This document shows, piece by piece, positions 33,136 through 45,039 of a DNA stretch of 64,000 bases (positions are counted from its first letter, which is position 1; every line of letters begins with the position of its first letter). The DNA comes from an uncultured Rivularia sp. (lineage in GTDB: Bacteria > Cyanobacteriota > Cyanobacteriia > Cyanobacteriales > Nostocaceae), in assembly GCA_963665115.1 (NCBI GenBank), contig OY762007.1, positions 64,001-128,000 of the forward strand, given 5' to 3'. The notes under the pieces are model-generated. The model was not told where the DNA came from, searched no databases, and saw nothing but the letters and a program-made list of their open reading frames with translations. The position numbers and the translations under genes are program-made.

Positions 33136-33987
33136 TCATTGATTAATCACTGATTCACATATTTGTTCTCCCGTAGTTATCCAGGTGTCGGGTTGATTTT
33201 TTATGTTCATTAAACATTCTTTTAAATATTTTAACCGCATGGGTTGACCGACTATAAATGGATGCAAACCAATTGCCATTACTCGCGTTTGCGATTCTCC
33301 TTCTTGCCACAATTGATAAAATTGGTCTTCTATGGCTTTAGCAAATTCTGCACCGGAAAAACGGTTGCTCAAACATAAGGTGATATCGTTGGCTTCTATG
33401 GTATAAGGAATAGCTAATAAACGTCCATCTGGAACGGGATACCAATAAGGTTGGTCGTCATTTACCCAATCTGCTGTATATTTAATTCCGGCTGAATGTA
33501 ATAATTCAAATGTTGATTCTGTAATCGAAAATCCCGGTGTTAACCAACCTTTCGGAGTTTTGCCTGTGGCTTGTTTAAGTAATGTTAAAGTTTTACTTAT
33601 AGTATCGGTTTCTGCTTCTCTATCCATGCCACTATGACCTGTAGAATTATTAATTCCATGTGCCATTATTTCCCAGTTGTGAGAAAGCATTGCTTCCATA
33701 ATTTCCGGATATAGCGTGCAAATTTCGCCGTTGACTGCTGCGGTGACGGGAATTTCTAATTCGGCAAATAAATCGAATAAACGCCAGATACCAACTCTAT
33801 TTCCATAATCTCGCCAGCCGTAGTTAGCAATTTCTGGATAACTATTTAAGTGAGGTTGAATTGCCGTTCCTATTTTACCAAATGTAAAATGTTCAACGTT
33901 CATTACTATCCATACGGCAACTCTAGGATTTGATGGTAACTTTAATTCTGGACGTTGGGAAATTGGTTGAAAAGATGGAGGAAGCAT
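33136..33987 (-). CDS. polysaccharide deacetylase family (PuuE allantoinase-like)
   Basis: NVEHF, WRDYGNRVGIWR, EIMAHG, GWLTPG, DDQPY, GLHPFIVGQP. Confidence 0.88.
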   Translation of the reverse strand: MLPPSFQPISQRPELKLPSNPRVAVWIVMNVEHFTFGKIGTAIQPHLNSYPEIANYGWRDYGNRVGIWRLFDLFAELEIPVTAAVNGEICTLYPEIMEAMLSHNWEIMAHGINNSTGHSGMDREAETDTISKTLTLLKQATGKTPKGWLTPGFSITESTFELLHSAGIKYTADWVNDDQPYWYPVPDGRLLAIPYTIEANDITLCLSNRFSGAEFAKAIEDQFYQLWQEGESQTRVMAIGLHPFIVGQPMRLKYLKECLMNIKNQPDTWITTGEQICESVINQ

Positions 33988-34636
33988 ATTTGAGTTAGGA
34001 GTTAGGAGTTAGAAGTTGGGAGTTGAGAGTTAGGAGTTAGGAGTTGATTATTATCTAGGTTTTATAGTCATTCCAATTAATTTCCGTAGTGCGAGCATCT
34101 TGCTCGCTAGTACCGAGCGAGCAAGATGCTCGCACTACAAATCAATCGGTTTCTATTTAGAATTGCTATACTCGCTACTCCCTATTATTTATTGCTCTTA
34201 ACCGTGGGTTTCTTAAAATTTAGCAAATAAAATTTTGTACATTATACAATATCAAATTATTCACCACCAAAAAAAGTCATCTTTTATCCACACAGCGTAC
34301 TTATTTGTTTTGTTTTTGGGGTTTACACAAGTTTTGTCATTATTGATAATTAATCTGTTCTATCAGGAAATTAAAAAAAAATTATTCATTGATTGAGGCA
34401 TAACAGTTTATATGTCAATTTACTATGTCTGCATTAGATCTATTGCCGTACTATTTTATACTAAAATGCGCCCTGTTTAAATTCTCTGGCTCACTCGATA
34501 TCATGGCGTTAGGAAGAGCTAAGCGTTAACAAAGTGTGTAGAGGACACCTGTTAACCCAGCTACTATTAGGTGCAGCAACACACTATACTATGCAAAATT
34601 GTTACTGCAATCAAACCATTTAATAAGACTACAAAC

Positions 34637-35677
34637 TTAGGACATCAGGCTAAATTCCATCACCGTTAAGCTTGTTCCTGTAGGAATGACTTTTTCTAAT
34701 TTAAAACCACTAGCTTCCAATAAATCCTTATATTCTTCTTCCGTGCGCCAGTAACCCCCTGGATTTGTAATCATCATCTGTACGGCAGCTAAAGCTGGCA
34801 TAGTTCCATCGGGATATTCTACAGGGGCACCAAGAGCAGGAACTAAGGTTTGTATCAGTATCAACTTACCATCTTTCGGGAGAGCTTCCTTACAGTTAGT
34901 GAGTACCTTAATTGAATTTTCTTTACTAAACACTGACAGAAAATACTTCATTACAATGGCATCGGCACCTTTTGGCAAGGATTCCAAAGCACTCCCACCA
35001 ACAACTTTTACCGCACCATTAACTCCATATTTAGAAAGGTTATCAGGAGCAGTTTTTACTTCCGACGGCAAGTCAAACAAAATACCCTTACAGCCGAATC
35101 TCTTGACAATACTTGCAATTAATGTGCCTTGATTTCCTCCTACATCCATCACTGTCTCAAAACTACCAAAATCATAAGTTTCAAATAATGAATCAACAGC
35201 TTCATTAGTTAAAAAACTCATGGCATTGTTGAACAGGTTTTTACTGTTGGGATTCTGTGTCATATAGGAACTATAAAAATCCTCACCTTTAGCCAATTCA
35301 AAAGGCACTTCTCCCGTCTTTAAACCGTTTTCCAATTCCCTCCAACCATCCCACATATTAGGTTCTGTAATGTGCATTAAGAAATCACCAATAGATGGGG
35401 AACCATTATTAATCAGAAGTTCTGATAATTCTGTAGAAGCAAAAACCCGTCCTGGTTTTTCTTGGAATACACCTAAATGAGCTAAAGCACGCAACACAAC
35501 ATAAAGTTTTTCCACTTTAGTTCCAGTTTTTTCTGCTATTGCCTCAACAGTTTGAGGCCCATCTTGTAACAAGTTTGGGATACCTAAATTTGTCGCGACA
35601 TAAACGCACTGACTTTGCCAGTAACCGTAGATAATTCTGTAAATTTTCTTCTTAGATTCCGATGCAGAGCCTAGCAT
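34637..35677 (-). CDS. O-methyltransferase (COMT/Methyltransf_2 with dimerisation domain)
   Basis: DVGGNQG, LFDLP, N-terminal winged helix, RTEEEY. Confidence 0.9.
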   Translation of the reverse strand: MLGSASESKKKIYRIIYGYWQSQCVYVATNLGIPNLLQDGPQTVEAIAEKTGTKVEKLYVVLRALAHLGVFQEKPGRVFASTELSELLINNGSPSIGDFLMHITEPNMWDGWRELENGLKTGEVPFELAKGEDFYSSYMTQNPNSKNLFNNAMSFLTNEAVDSLFETYDFGSFETVMDVGGNQGTLIASIVKRFGCKGILFDLPSEVKTAPDNLSKYGVNGAVKVVGGSALESLPKGADAIVMKYFLSVFSKENSIKVLTNCKEALPKDGKLILIQTLVPALGAPVEYPDGTMPALAAVQMMITNPGGYWRTEEEYKDLLEASGFKLEKVIPTGTSLTVMEFSLMS

Positions 35678-36159
35678 AATTAATTCCCCAAAAAAAATTA
35701 ATCTTATTTTAAACTATTATTCAAGCCTTCTGCTAATACTTTTAAATTTGGTTGCTTTACGAATGAATAATGACTGGAAGGAACCATAATTAGCTGGATA
35801 TCAGCAGCATCTAAGATTGCATACAATTATACCTAAATCAACCGGCGCATTTCGCGTTTTAACCACCGTGTCATTAAATTAAACTGAATAGGAATACCAG
35901 TCTTTTTTATTGATAAAATTGCAGTATTTATACGAAATACATTGTACTAATTTTCATAGTTAATTGTATTCAACGAACTTGTTCAACGGGTTGCGATACC
36001 AGTATATTCACCAACTTCTTTTGCCACTAGTAACAACGTCTTTTACAATTAGAGAGAGAAGTTGAATGGGAGATGTTCTTTCGGCAAACTTTCTCGTACC
36101 AGATTTTAGATTGTCGGCTTGTTTCGATCGGAAGCTGAGAAATTGTAAATTTTAGATAT

Positions 36160-36783
36160 CTACTTATCTCCGACTATACAGACAAATTGTTCTTTAGGTT
36201 GAGAATTCATAATCCACTGAATATTCTTAAAACCTATTGCTTTCATCAAATGTTTTACTTCTTCAATGTCATACACCTGAAAACCATGTTTGGGTAGAGT
36301 TGTTTGTTTCAGAAATCCCTTACAATTAAAACAAATAACTAATGAACCGTTTTCTTCTAGAATTTGATGCAGTTGAGTTAAAGTTTGTTTGACATCCGAC
36401 CAAAAATAGATAGTATTAACCGTGCAAATTTTAGTAAATTTGCTGTCAAAAGAGGCTTTATTTACAGTATTGCTACATTCTAGTTTTAATTTGCCTCTAT
36501 TTATCTCTGAAGCAAAACGCTTTCGACAAAAATCAACCATTTCCGGAGAAACATCTATACCAGCAACAGATTTTACTCCCGGATTTCTCAGAATGTTATA
36601 AAGTAAATAACCTCCACCAAAACCGAATTCCAAAACGCGCTCATCTGCGGATTCTAGATTCAACATTCTTAATGCAAGTTTGTTCATGGCAGCATTGTCT
36701 CTATTTAAAATCCGAGAAATAATTTGCTTACCAAACCATCCTGAAGGCTGACGAAGTTGTGATGCGAAAAATTCACTAATCAT
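36160..36783 (-). CDS. class I SAM-dependent methyltransferase
   Basis: QLRQPSGWFGK, LEFGFGGG, GIDVSPEM, VNTIYFW. Confidence 0.9.
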   Translation of the reverse strand: MISEFFASQLRQPSGWFGKQIISRILNRDNAAMNKLALRMLNLESADERVLEFGFGGGYLLYNILRNPGVKSVAGIDVSPEMVDFCRKRFASEINRGKLKLECSNTVNKASFDSKFTKICTVNTIYFWSDVKQTLTQLHQILEENGSLVICFNCKGFLKQTTLPKHGFQVYDIEEVKHLMKAIGFKNIQWIMNSQPKEQFVCIVGDK

Positions 36784-37121
36784 TATTTTCTGAACCTAAC
36801 TATTTTTGATCGCAATTCAAAAATGGACAATTTCCGGCAGACAAAATTAAGGAATCACACTAATCTGGACTGTACATACAGTTGCAAGATCAATTATTCC
36901 GGAGTCATTTGATTAAGATTAAGTTAAGAAAATCAGCCTGATATAAACTTTGAAATAAATTAAATGACTTATATCTTCAGCCCTCTCAAGATCACTGAAG
37001 ATGTAATGGTTGGTTATAATGATTTGGATTTAGTTGGTTTTGAAGAGACTTTGGCTTATGCAGCCCTAGAATTAATTTCAAGGTGGCGATCGCCCTCAGC
37101 TTTAACTTCGTTACATAGCAA

Positions 37122-37887
37122 TTAAGATTCTCCTTCACCTTGCTTTTCAATAGCTTGTCTAACAACTTCAACTTCTAATTCGAGTGCTTGAGCAATTTGT
37201 TCTACACTTAATCCCATTTTTAACAAACGAGGAGCTACTTCAAGCTTAACTTCCTGATAAAATCTAGTTTGCTGCCATTCGGTTAATCCAAACATCGCTT
37301 CTAACTCCTGTCTACTTTGATTTGAGAATTTATAAATCAACATCCTTTCTACCAATTCTAAAAGCTGACTACGGTTTGTAACATCTGCTTGTTGGACTTT
37401 GTTGATTAAGTTTCTTGCTACTTGTACTGCTTCGTCTTCCGGAGCAACTACTAAACCAATAATCCCTAACCCAATTGAGGAAGAAGTATCGGCTAATTCA
37501 TCCAGATAAATTATTTTAATTTGCCCATTAGATAGTGAGGTTTGATACGCAATGGGGATACCTGGATCGAGGCTACGTTTTGCTCACAGAAACTACAGCC
37601 TGCCAAGGCTTTTCTGGTCTATATTGATTTAAATAAACAAATGCTTCGGTGATTAATCGCCAGTATAAATCATCATCGCGCTGATATTGTACTTCTACAA
37701 AATATATTGGTTCTTGTGGGAATTCGGGTTTCGGTAAAAATAAACCGTCAATTCGCCGCGAGAGTTCTTTTATTTCCACAGAGGAAAATTCGTAATGCAA
37801 AGCTTGTGTAGGAGATTGTTCGAGTAGTTCAAATAATACGCTGGGGAGGTTTTGTAGCAGAGTATAGAAGATGGTATCTGTTTTCAT
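37122..37887 (-). pseudogene. Rpn/DUF2887 PD-(D/E)XK nuclease family protein, interrupted
   Basis: MKTDTIFY..RIDGLF..FVEVQYQ; frameshift plus in-frame TGA near 37580; C-terminal GLSVEQIAQALEL. Confidence 0.85.
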
Positions 37888-37961
37888 CTATTGCCGCTTT
37901 TGAGTCAATAGTAGAGCATAAGTATTATATGATAATGTAATGTTAATTTTTTATTCTATAT

Positions 37962-38300
37962 TTATTTACCATCGGATATTTCAACACTATCAACAGCAGA
38001 AGATTCAACTAATTTATTCGATTTATACAAAAGCTTAAAGTTTTGAAATAACATTGCTCCACCCGTGAATAACATCCATAGTAAACCTAAGCCATTCAGT
38101 AGTACATAAACTGGTTCTAAAGTTTTTCCTAAATATTCACCTTCATGGAGAACCATTAAAAAATGAACTTGATTTCGAGATAGTCCGAACCAATCTTTGG
38201 AAATGCGATAAATAACTCCTGTTGAAACCGTGATTAATAATGGAAGTATGACAATTGGAGCAATGGTGAGGTGTAATTTTCTTAATAGTTGCTTTTTCAT
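37962..38300 (-). CDS. PepSY-associated TM helix protein
   Basis: RKLH..IAP..TG..YR, LHEG. Confidence 0.8.
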   Translation of the reverse strand: MKKQLLRKLHLTIAPIVILPLLITVSTGVIYRISKDWFGLSRNQVHFLMVLHEGEYLGKTLEPVYVLLNGLGLLWMLFTGGAMLFQNFKLLYKSNKLVESSAVDSVEISDGK

Positions 38301-38666
38301 GATTCAACTCGGATATATTATTTTTGGAATCATTGTAAATAGAATTGGAAACAAAAAGCGATTTATATCTTATCTATTGCACTATTATCAACACCACCTT
38401 AGAATAAATTCTTGCGCTGCATAAACCTTCGTCTGATAAATCTCACATATTGCACTATTCTCAACGCCGCCTTGGAATAAATTCCCAGGCTAAAACGCAA
38501 AGTCAGATAAATCAGACTGAGTATCGCTTTTAGTACGTTTTAACGTACTTTGTATATTAGCCTTGAAATTAATTTCTCTGCGTTCACGCGGAGCGTGCGG
38601 GCTAGAAAGCCTCCGGCTTACAAGGTGGGGATTTAAACTTAACAACAATGGTGCAAGATATTAGCT

Positions 38667-40065
38667 TTATTCTACTTCTCCATTACCAGGAATTGGAAAA
38701 TCTTCTGCTGAGTAGTTTTTATTGGCATAATTGATAGCACGCTGAATTGTTTTTTCCATCCCAGGTATAAATACAGCATGAATATCGCCAGTTTGAGAAT
38801 CTATTCTTCTCAAAATATGAGTTGTTTTGACACCTTTATTTTTAAGTTTGAAAAAAGTATATTCTTCTATTGTCTCTTGTTCTATTCCTTCTATTAAAGG
38901 TAATTCTTGAGATAAACGAACTGCTCCAATACCTTGAATTAATGCTTCTTGTAAGTCGTTATATTCTTCCTCTAAAATCCATTGAGTTTGCCATTCGCTG
39001 GGATGAATTGCTCCATATTTTTCTGGTAAATAAGTGCCATTATATGCATAAGCAATAAATCCATCTGCGAATTCTATAGCTGTTTCTCCTTCCCCATGAA
39101 GTTGGTTATCTTCATTTACCAAGATTTTTGTTGGGCGATCGCAAATAATACACAGATTATCCACACCTAAAATCCAGCCGCAATATTTTACTAAACCTTG
39201 TAAAGCAGACCATTTTTGCGATTTGTGGGGATAATTGAGTACTGAAATCGCAAAATCAAGCCAAATACAAGAGATTGAACAGCTAGAGGTAATTACGGGA
39301 GGATTTTCTAATAAAAACTTTTGTTCGGAAGGGGATAATCCAGGAATAATTAATTCTCTAAATTTAGGATGTTCTACCCCAGAAATTTTTGCGATTAAAC
39401 TACTTTGGAGCATCTGCTTGAGCCATCCTTTAAATAGCAATTCTTTACCGGGAATCCAACCTAATTGTTGATCGAGCGCTTCTGCTGTCATACCAAAGGA
39501 TTCTTGCCATTCTTCTGGTTGTTTATTCTCCATTATCCTTGAGAATCCAGGTTCTCCTTGACGAGTCATTTGTTTTTTCAAATTATCGAAAAGTGGAGAT
39601 GCTCCAAGGAAAGATTGTTCGACAACATCATAAGTACTCAAATCTTCGGGAAGACAGTTTTCAATATGTTTTTCCAGAGATTTATAGGGTTCTGTAGAAA
39701 CTTGTGCTAGCAAATCGTGAAGCGGTTTTGTTCCAGCATTTTGCTGTTTATTAATAATTTTGATTGTTTCCCAAGCTGCTCTAGCAAATTGAAAAAAATT
39801 GTTTTGGACTTCTTCTCGTAAGGGTTGAGGACTTTCTGGAGGAGTTTCCACATAAGATTGAAGCCGCTCTAAAGCAGCACGGGGACTACTACAGAAAATC
39901 ACCTCTGGTTTCTGCTTTCCCCATGACAGCGTAAGCACCTTGTACTGCTGCCTTTGCTCGATTCCGCTCAATCGGTTGAGTTGATAGATAAATACGTTTC
40001 CATTTCTCCTGATATTCAGGAATTAAAGCTTCTTGCTCCGGTGTAAGAAAATGAATTCGTGTCAT
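38667..40065 (-). CDS. DUF6745-like protein (frameshift near 39918)
   Basis: true N-terminus MTRIHFLTPEQEALIPEYQEKW in another frame; C-terminal CDRPTKI...LHGEGETAIEFADG. Confidence 0.8.
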
Positions 40066-40278
40066 TTCACTATTTGGTAGATATCTGAACGCTTACGATT
40101 ATTGTTCCCGGAAATAAATTGAAAATTACTATTAGAACTATCTCTTTCTACTTCTTTCCTCCGCGCTCTCCGCGTCTCTGCGGTTTTATAATCTGCAATC
40201 TTTTAGCACTTTGTAAAGTTTTCACGTAAATCGGACTTCTTTCAGTAATTTAACTATTGTTTTTGTATTTTAAAATGA

Positions 40279-40389
40279 CTAGTACAGTAAGGCGTAAATA
40301 AAGCACCCATTTAAAAAGTTTGAAAGCCTTATCATATAATACTTTTTACTTCTTACTTTTGACTTTTTACTTCCGCGCAGCGGTACTAG
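40279..40389. mobile_element. 111-bp CTAG-bounded MITE-like element (copy 2)
   Basis: 2 mismatches versus 4485-4595. Confidence 0.85.
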
Positions 40390-40437
40390 GTGATTATAGT
40401 TAATTTTTCGGACATCATATAGATTAAAAATAAAATC

Positions 40438-41361
40438 ATGACAAAAATGCAGAAGAAGTCATATTCAACATTTGGGAAAAAGTTAATTTTACAAGTCTCT
40501 CCACTTGTCGCTACCTCGATGTTAGCAAGTTCACCTGCTTTAGCTGCAACTTTTGCTGGTTCCTTTGGGGATTTAATATTTACAAATTTCAATCGAGAAA
40601 ACGCAGCATTTGAAGCGATTAATGATGCTAATGCTTCTGCTGAAACTAATGCGGATGATAGCATAGCAGATTTTCGGAACTTTTCGAGAACCAATGCTGA
40701 ACCAACTCCATTAGAAATATCTAATATTGCAGAAAGTTTGGTATTTGGTGAGGGTTCAAGCTATAACGCTTCTGCGGAAACCATGCCAAGATTTTTTGCT
40801 AATTTTGATGTAAGTCGCAACGATACTTTATCATTTGACTTTACAACTATTCTTGATTTGGAAGCTTCTGTAGACAAACCAGGAGTTGAAACAGCGAGTG
40901 CTGCGGGAGATATTGCTTTTTATCTTTTGGATACAACTGGTATTTCTACAGAAAATCGGTTTGATTTTCTCAATTCAACACAATTAGAAGCGAATCAGAT
41001 TGGTCAAAATAATATATTAGAATTCTTTACCCTTGCAGCCAATATTGATGCTTTAGGTAAAAAGAATTTTTTTAATAACACTAAGAGTCCAAATATTAAT
41101 CTTACCAGTGATTTCAGTAATTATAGTGTCGAAGAAATTAATGATTTAGGTAGAAGTCAAGCGTTTAGTACTTCTCTTTTTGAGGGTTCTGTAGAAAGGT
41201 TTTTTGAAGAAGATAGAAATATCACTTTATTAGCGTTTAAAAATACAAAATCTAATGTCAAAGTTCCCGAATCTGGAACTAGTTTATGGTCGGTTTTATT
41301 TACATTTTTGATTTCTCTAGGTGTTAAACTAAGAAGTAAAGCTGAGAAAAAGTCTTTTTAA
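40438..41361 (+). CDS. PEP-CTERM-like exported protein
   Basis: signal peptide ..SPALA-ATFA, C-terminal VPES + TM helix + basic tail. Confidence 0.8.
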   Translation: MTKMQKKSYSTFGKKLILQVSPLVATSMLASSPALAATFAGSFGDLIFTNFNRENAAFEAINDANASAETNADDSIADFRNFSRTNAEPTPLEISNIAESLVFGEGSSYNASAETMPRFFANFDVSRNDTLSFDFTTILDLEASVDKPGVETASAAGDIAFYLLDTTGISTENRFDFLNSTQLEANQIGQNNILEFFTLAANIDALGKKNFFNNTKSPNINLTSDFSNYSVEEINDLGRSQAFSTSLFEGSVERFFEEDRNITLLAFKNTKSNVKVPESGTSLWSVLFTFLISLGVKLRSKAEKKSF

Positions 41362-41596
41362 GAAGCATGAACTTTGGGGATAATCTCGAATTTTTAATTT
41401 TGTAGTTCGAGCAAGATGCTCGCTAAGGCTACCGAGCCAGCAAGATGCTGGCACTAACAACTAAATATTTTTGGTTATTCAACACTTAGTATGCTTAACT
41501 AACATCTTAAATGCCAATTAAGTAAACATCAACCAGGAATAGATAAACGCATTTATGGTGGTATCCTAGATTCGGCACCCTCGACCATAATCATCA

Positions 41597-42145
41597 TCAG
41601 TTCCCCATTGCCAGCAGGTAGTGTAATAAAGCCATAAAGTCTGAAGACTCATCGAAGAAAGCACGACATTTTTTCTCCCTCTTCCATTCCGACTCTCCTG
41701 TGTCAAGCGTCGGAAAATCCGGGATGACATGAAAACCAACGCTGACGACATATTCAACATAATTTGAACTGTTGGTTAAAGCTGTATTCAACCAAGAAAT
41801 TAAATAAAAATTCCCGTTTTTACCTACCAAGTAGTTTTTGTTTTCAATAGGATATTTGCCTGTTAAAACTTCTTGAAAAATAGCTTGACTCGTTTCTACT
41901 TGTTCTGGAATCATACATAAATCCCAAATGCATTTACCTTTGACTCCATCGAGATTAGAACCAACTATGAATCCGCAAGCTTCATTAAAGCAAACTATTC
42001 GACCTAGCCTGTCTTGCACAATTACTAAAACATCAGGATCGTTTATTACAGCTTTGCAAAATTTATGATTTCCTGCAAAGGTTTTAACAAGCGATTTAAT
42101 TTGATCTTCTACTGCAAATAACTTCTCCGAATTTCGGTCTAACAT
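41597..42145 (-). CDS. stand-alone PAS domain protein, possibly a truncated sensor
   Basis: DRLGRIVCFNEAC..G..KGKCIWDL..ISWLNT; ends just as a second PAS begins (RAFFDESSDFM). Confidence 0.75.
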   Translation of the reverse strand: MLDRNSEKLFAVEDQIKSLVKTFAGNHKFCKAVINDPDVLVIVQDRLGRIVCFNEACGFIVGSNLDGVKGKCIWDLCMIPEQVETSQAIFQEVLTGKYPIENKNYLVGKNGNFYLISWLNTALTNSSNYVEYVVSVGFHVIPDFPTLDTGESEWKREKKCRAFFDESSDFMALLHYLLAMGN

Positions 42146-42405
42146 TATTTTTAAAGATAATTTTATTTATCGCGGATTTTCCGGATATCACCTTAAACCT
42201 ATATTGCTCAAATATATTCTTCTTTGCACAACGTTAGAAAGTTCGGCAAGCAATCCGCCAGTCTCAGCGCAATTAATCTTCTACAAATAGATTTCAACCA
42301 GGGAATTTAAACTTTGCTATCAAAAATAATAGATTTGTTACCCAATTCCTGTCTGTACGCCAACGAATATACATAAAATTAAAAAAATATTGCAATAATA
42401 TCGAT

Positions 42406-43128
42406 CTAATTCTTAAACACGCCAAGCAAACGCCTATAGTCCTGTTTGATTATGTTGTAGCACTCGCAAGCGGTTGTTTCTAAAGCATGGCGATCGCATA
42501 TGCTAATATGACCGCGAACGTAGTGAATTATGCCTTTGTCTTGAAGAATGCCAGCTGCCACAGAAACGCCAGCACGACGAACCCCCAGCATATAGGCGAT
42601 AAATTCCTGAGTCAGCGGTATATCCTCTTGCTCCAAGGAGTCTCGCACGGAAAGCAACCACCGAGCCAGTCTTTGCTCAATGGGATGGTGGCTATTGCAG
42701 GCAACATTTAGCGAAATCTGAGTAAACATAGCTTGAGTGTAGAGCAGCAGCAGTTTTGTCAGTTCGCCGTGTAGTAAGCACTCACTTTTAAATGCCGAAG
42801 CATCTAAGGCGATCGCACTACCGCTAACTTGCGCTTGGATGGTGCTAGGTGAGGAATTTCCCCCCCAAAAAATAGGAAGTCCCACCATTCCTTCATTACC
42901 TACTAAAGCAACTTCAGTCGTCAAGCCATTCTCCATAATATAAACATTAGAAATCATTGCACTTACTGGAAAATAAACCAATTTAATTGCTTCTTCGGCT
43001 TCGTAAATAATTTCACCGGAAATGAAGGAGGTTTCTTTGAAATTGACAGCAAGACGTTGGTATTCTGGTTCTGATAAAGCCGCTAATAGTTTATTCTTTT
43101 GTCTGCCTTGATGATTTAAATCTAACAT
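42406..43128 (-). CDS. Crp/Fnr-family regulator (HTH_Crp_2 type)
   Basis: NKLLAAL, GNEGMVG, LTQEFIAYMLGVRRAGVS. Confidence 0.93.
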   Translation of the reverse strand: MLDLNHQGRQKNKLLAALSEPEYQRLAVNFKETSFISGEIIYEAEEAIKLVYFPVSAMISNVYIMENGLTTEVALVGNEGMVGLPIFWGGNSSPSTIQAQVSGSAIALDASAFKSECLLHGELTKLLLLYTQAMFTQISLNVACNSHHPIEQRLARWLLSVRDSLEQEDIPLTQEFIAYMLGVRRAGVSVAAGILQDKGIIHYVRGHISICDRHALETTACECYNIIKQDYRRLLGVFKN

Positions 43129-43401
43129 TTTTATATTTCCTTAATTATAAGTAAACACTGACTACAGAAAAATTTCTCCTGTAAAAAAATATTTACCGTC
43201 ATTTTTGTTACAGCAACCTAAGTTTTTTAGCGTAAATAACCAGCAAAGAATAAACACGACAAAGGCTGCTAATCCATTCTCATTTATCCAAATACTGCTG
43301 CCCGTTCCCAACCATATTTTGTACACAAAAAAACCAGATTTTTTTTTAACTGTTCTTAAGTCAGTGTTTTTATTCTTATGGAAAGTTTTATTTTTCAGTG
43401 T

Positions 43402-43504
43402 TAAGCTGACGTGCAGCTAAATTTTATAAGGTAAAGAATTTGAACGATTGTAGTGCGGGCATCTTGCCCGCTTCTCATATACAAATTGAATACGCAACAG
43501 CTTA
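43402..43504. mobile_element. MITE-like element TAAGCTG...CAGCTTA (copy 1)
   Basis: second copy at 51454-51578. Confidence 0.8.
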
Positions 43505-44112
43505 CTCCTTTATAGGTAGAAATGAACCTTCTTTATATCCAGCTTCAGACTTTATGTGAGGGGAAATTTATACTTTGCGATTGCTAGACGCAATTGAACA
43601 TCTAACGCAGATCTTAATAGCAAAGGGTTAAACATGATTAAAATCTTTATTCATCGTACATCTATATTTTATATCTGTATGCACGGTACCGCGCATATTC
43701 GCCTACATTTAATCAATAATTAAAGCCCTATGAGTAAATGCTATGAAAGAATATATTGCTTAGTATATAGGCTTAAAATACTTGCTATACAAGCATTAGC
43801 CACAAAAAACTACTTATTTTTATCGCTATAATTAGGCTAATATAAATGTTTTAATTCGGATTAATATTTATTTAACAATTAGCGAGTAGATACTCTCTTA
43901 AATGTTAATAAATATAATTGCAATAGATAATAAAAACGAGCAATATTTAATTTATAAAAAAGCTTTTTATTATATTAATAAATTGAAACAATCTTGCCAA
44001 GGTCTGTTAAACCAATTAGCAATAATGTTTGGCGATGGAAATTTAGAATCCGACACCAAAAAACTCTACTAACAGAAGTAGAGGAATTAACCGCAATAAT
44101 TTGTTCAACAGC

Positions 44113-44808
44113 TTACGGGCTACTCAGCAAGCGAGTCAATTCGCTTTTGACAACATGGTAACAAGAACAACTTGCTGACTCTAAACCCCTTCTATTGAGA
44201 ATTTTGATTCGGCCGCGACTATAGCTAATCAGTTCCATCTTTTGAAGAGCCGCAGAGCCTTCCGAAACGCTAGCACGACGGACTCCCAGCATTTGGGAGA
44301 TAAATTCCTGAGTTAGCATAAACTCGTCTTGCTGTATGCAGTCTTGAACGGACAGCAGCCAACGAGCGAGCTGCTTATCTATGGTATGGTTGGCTCTACA
44401 AGCACCATTTTGTGAAACTTGAGTAAATAATGCTTGGGTATAAATTAGTAAGAGTTTTCGTAGTGTTTCATTTTGACTGCACTCTCTTCTAAATACATCG
44501 GCATCTAGTTTCATCGTATTGCCTTTAACTTGCACTATGGCTGTATTAATGGTGGAATTTCCTCCCCAAAACACTGGAAGACCGACCATTCCTTCATTAC
44601 CTACTATTCCGATTTCGATTGTCAAATTTTCTACAGGGGCAGTTAAAGAAATTACTGAACTCGTTGGAAAATAAACGAATTTTATCAATTCATTGGGTTT
44701 GTGGAGGATTTGCCCAGAAGATAAAAAGACTGTTTCGAGTTGAGGTAAAAGCCGCTGGTATTCCGATTCTTTTAAAGCTGCAAGTAGCTTATTTTTTGAA
44801 GAACTCAT
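44113..44808 (-). CDS. Crp/Fnr-family regulator, paralogue of 42406-43128
   Basis: same motifs, LTQEFISQMLGVRRASVS. Confidence 0.93.
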   Translation of the reverse strand: MSSSKNKLLAALKESEYQRLLPQLETVFLSSGQILHKPNELIKFVYFPTSSVISLTAPVENLTIEIGIVGNEGMVGLPVFWGGNSTINTAIVQVKGNTMKLDADVFRRECSQNETLRKLLLIYTQALFTQVSQNGACRANHTIDKQLARWLLSVQDCIQQDEFMLTQEFISQMLGVRRASVSEGSAALQKMELISYSRGRIKILNRRGLESASCSCYHVVKSELTRLLSSP

Positions 44809-45039
44809 ATTCGCTATCCTTGGTTGAGCCGTTGAAAAAAACCGACTGTATCAGGATAGGATTTCAAATATTAGATTAAAATCTTAGCCAAATCATAAAA
44901 GTTTTTTCAGTTTACAGTAAAGATAATTGACAGTTGATTGGCGTTGATTCTATTTTTTTAGCTATCTAAATAGTATACCTCATTTCACTCATCCGTCCGT
45001 ACTCCACTGGACATATAGAAAGTCAAAAAAAGATATTTT

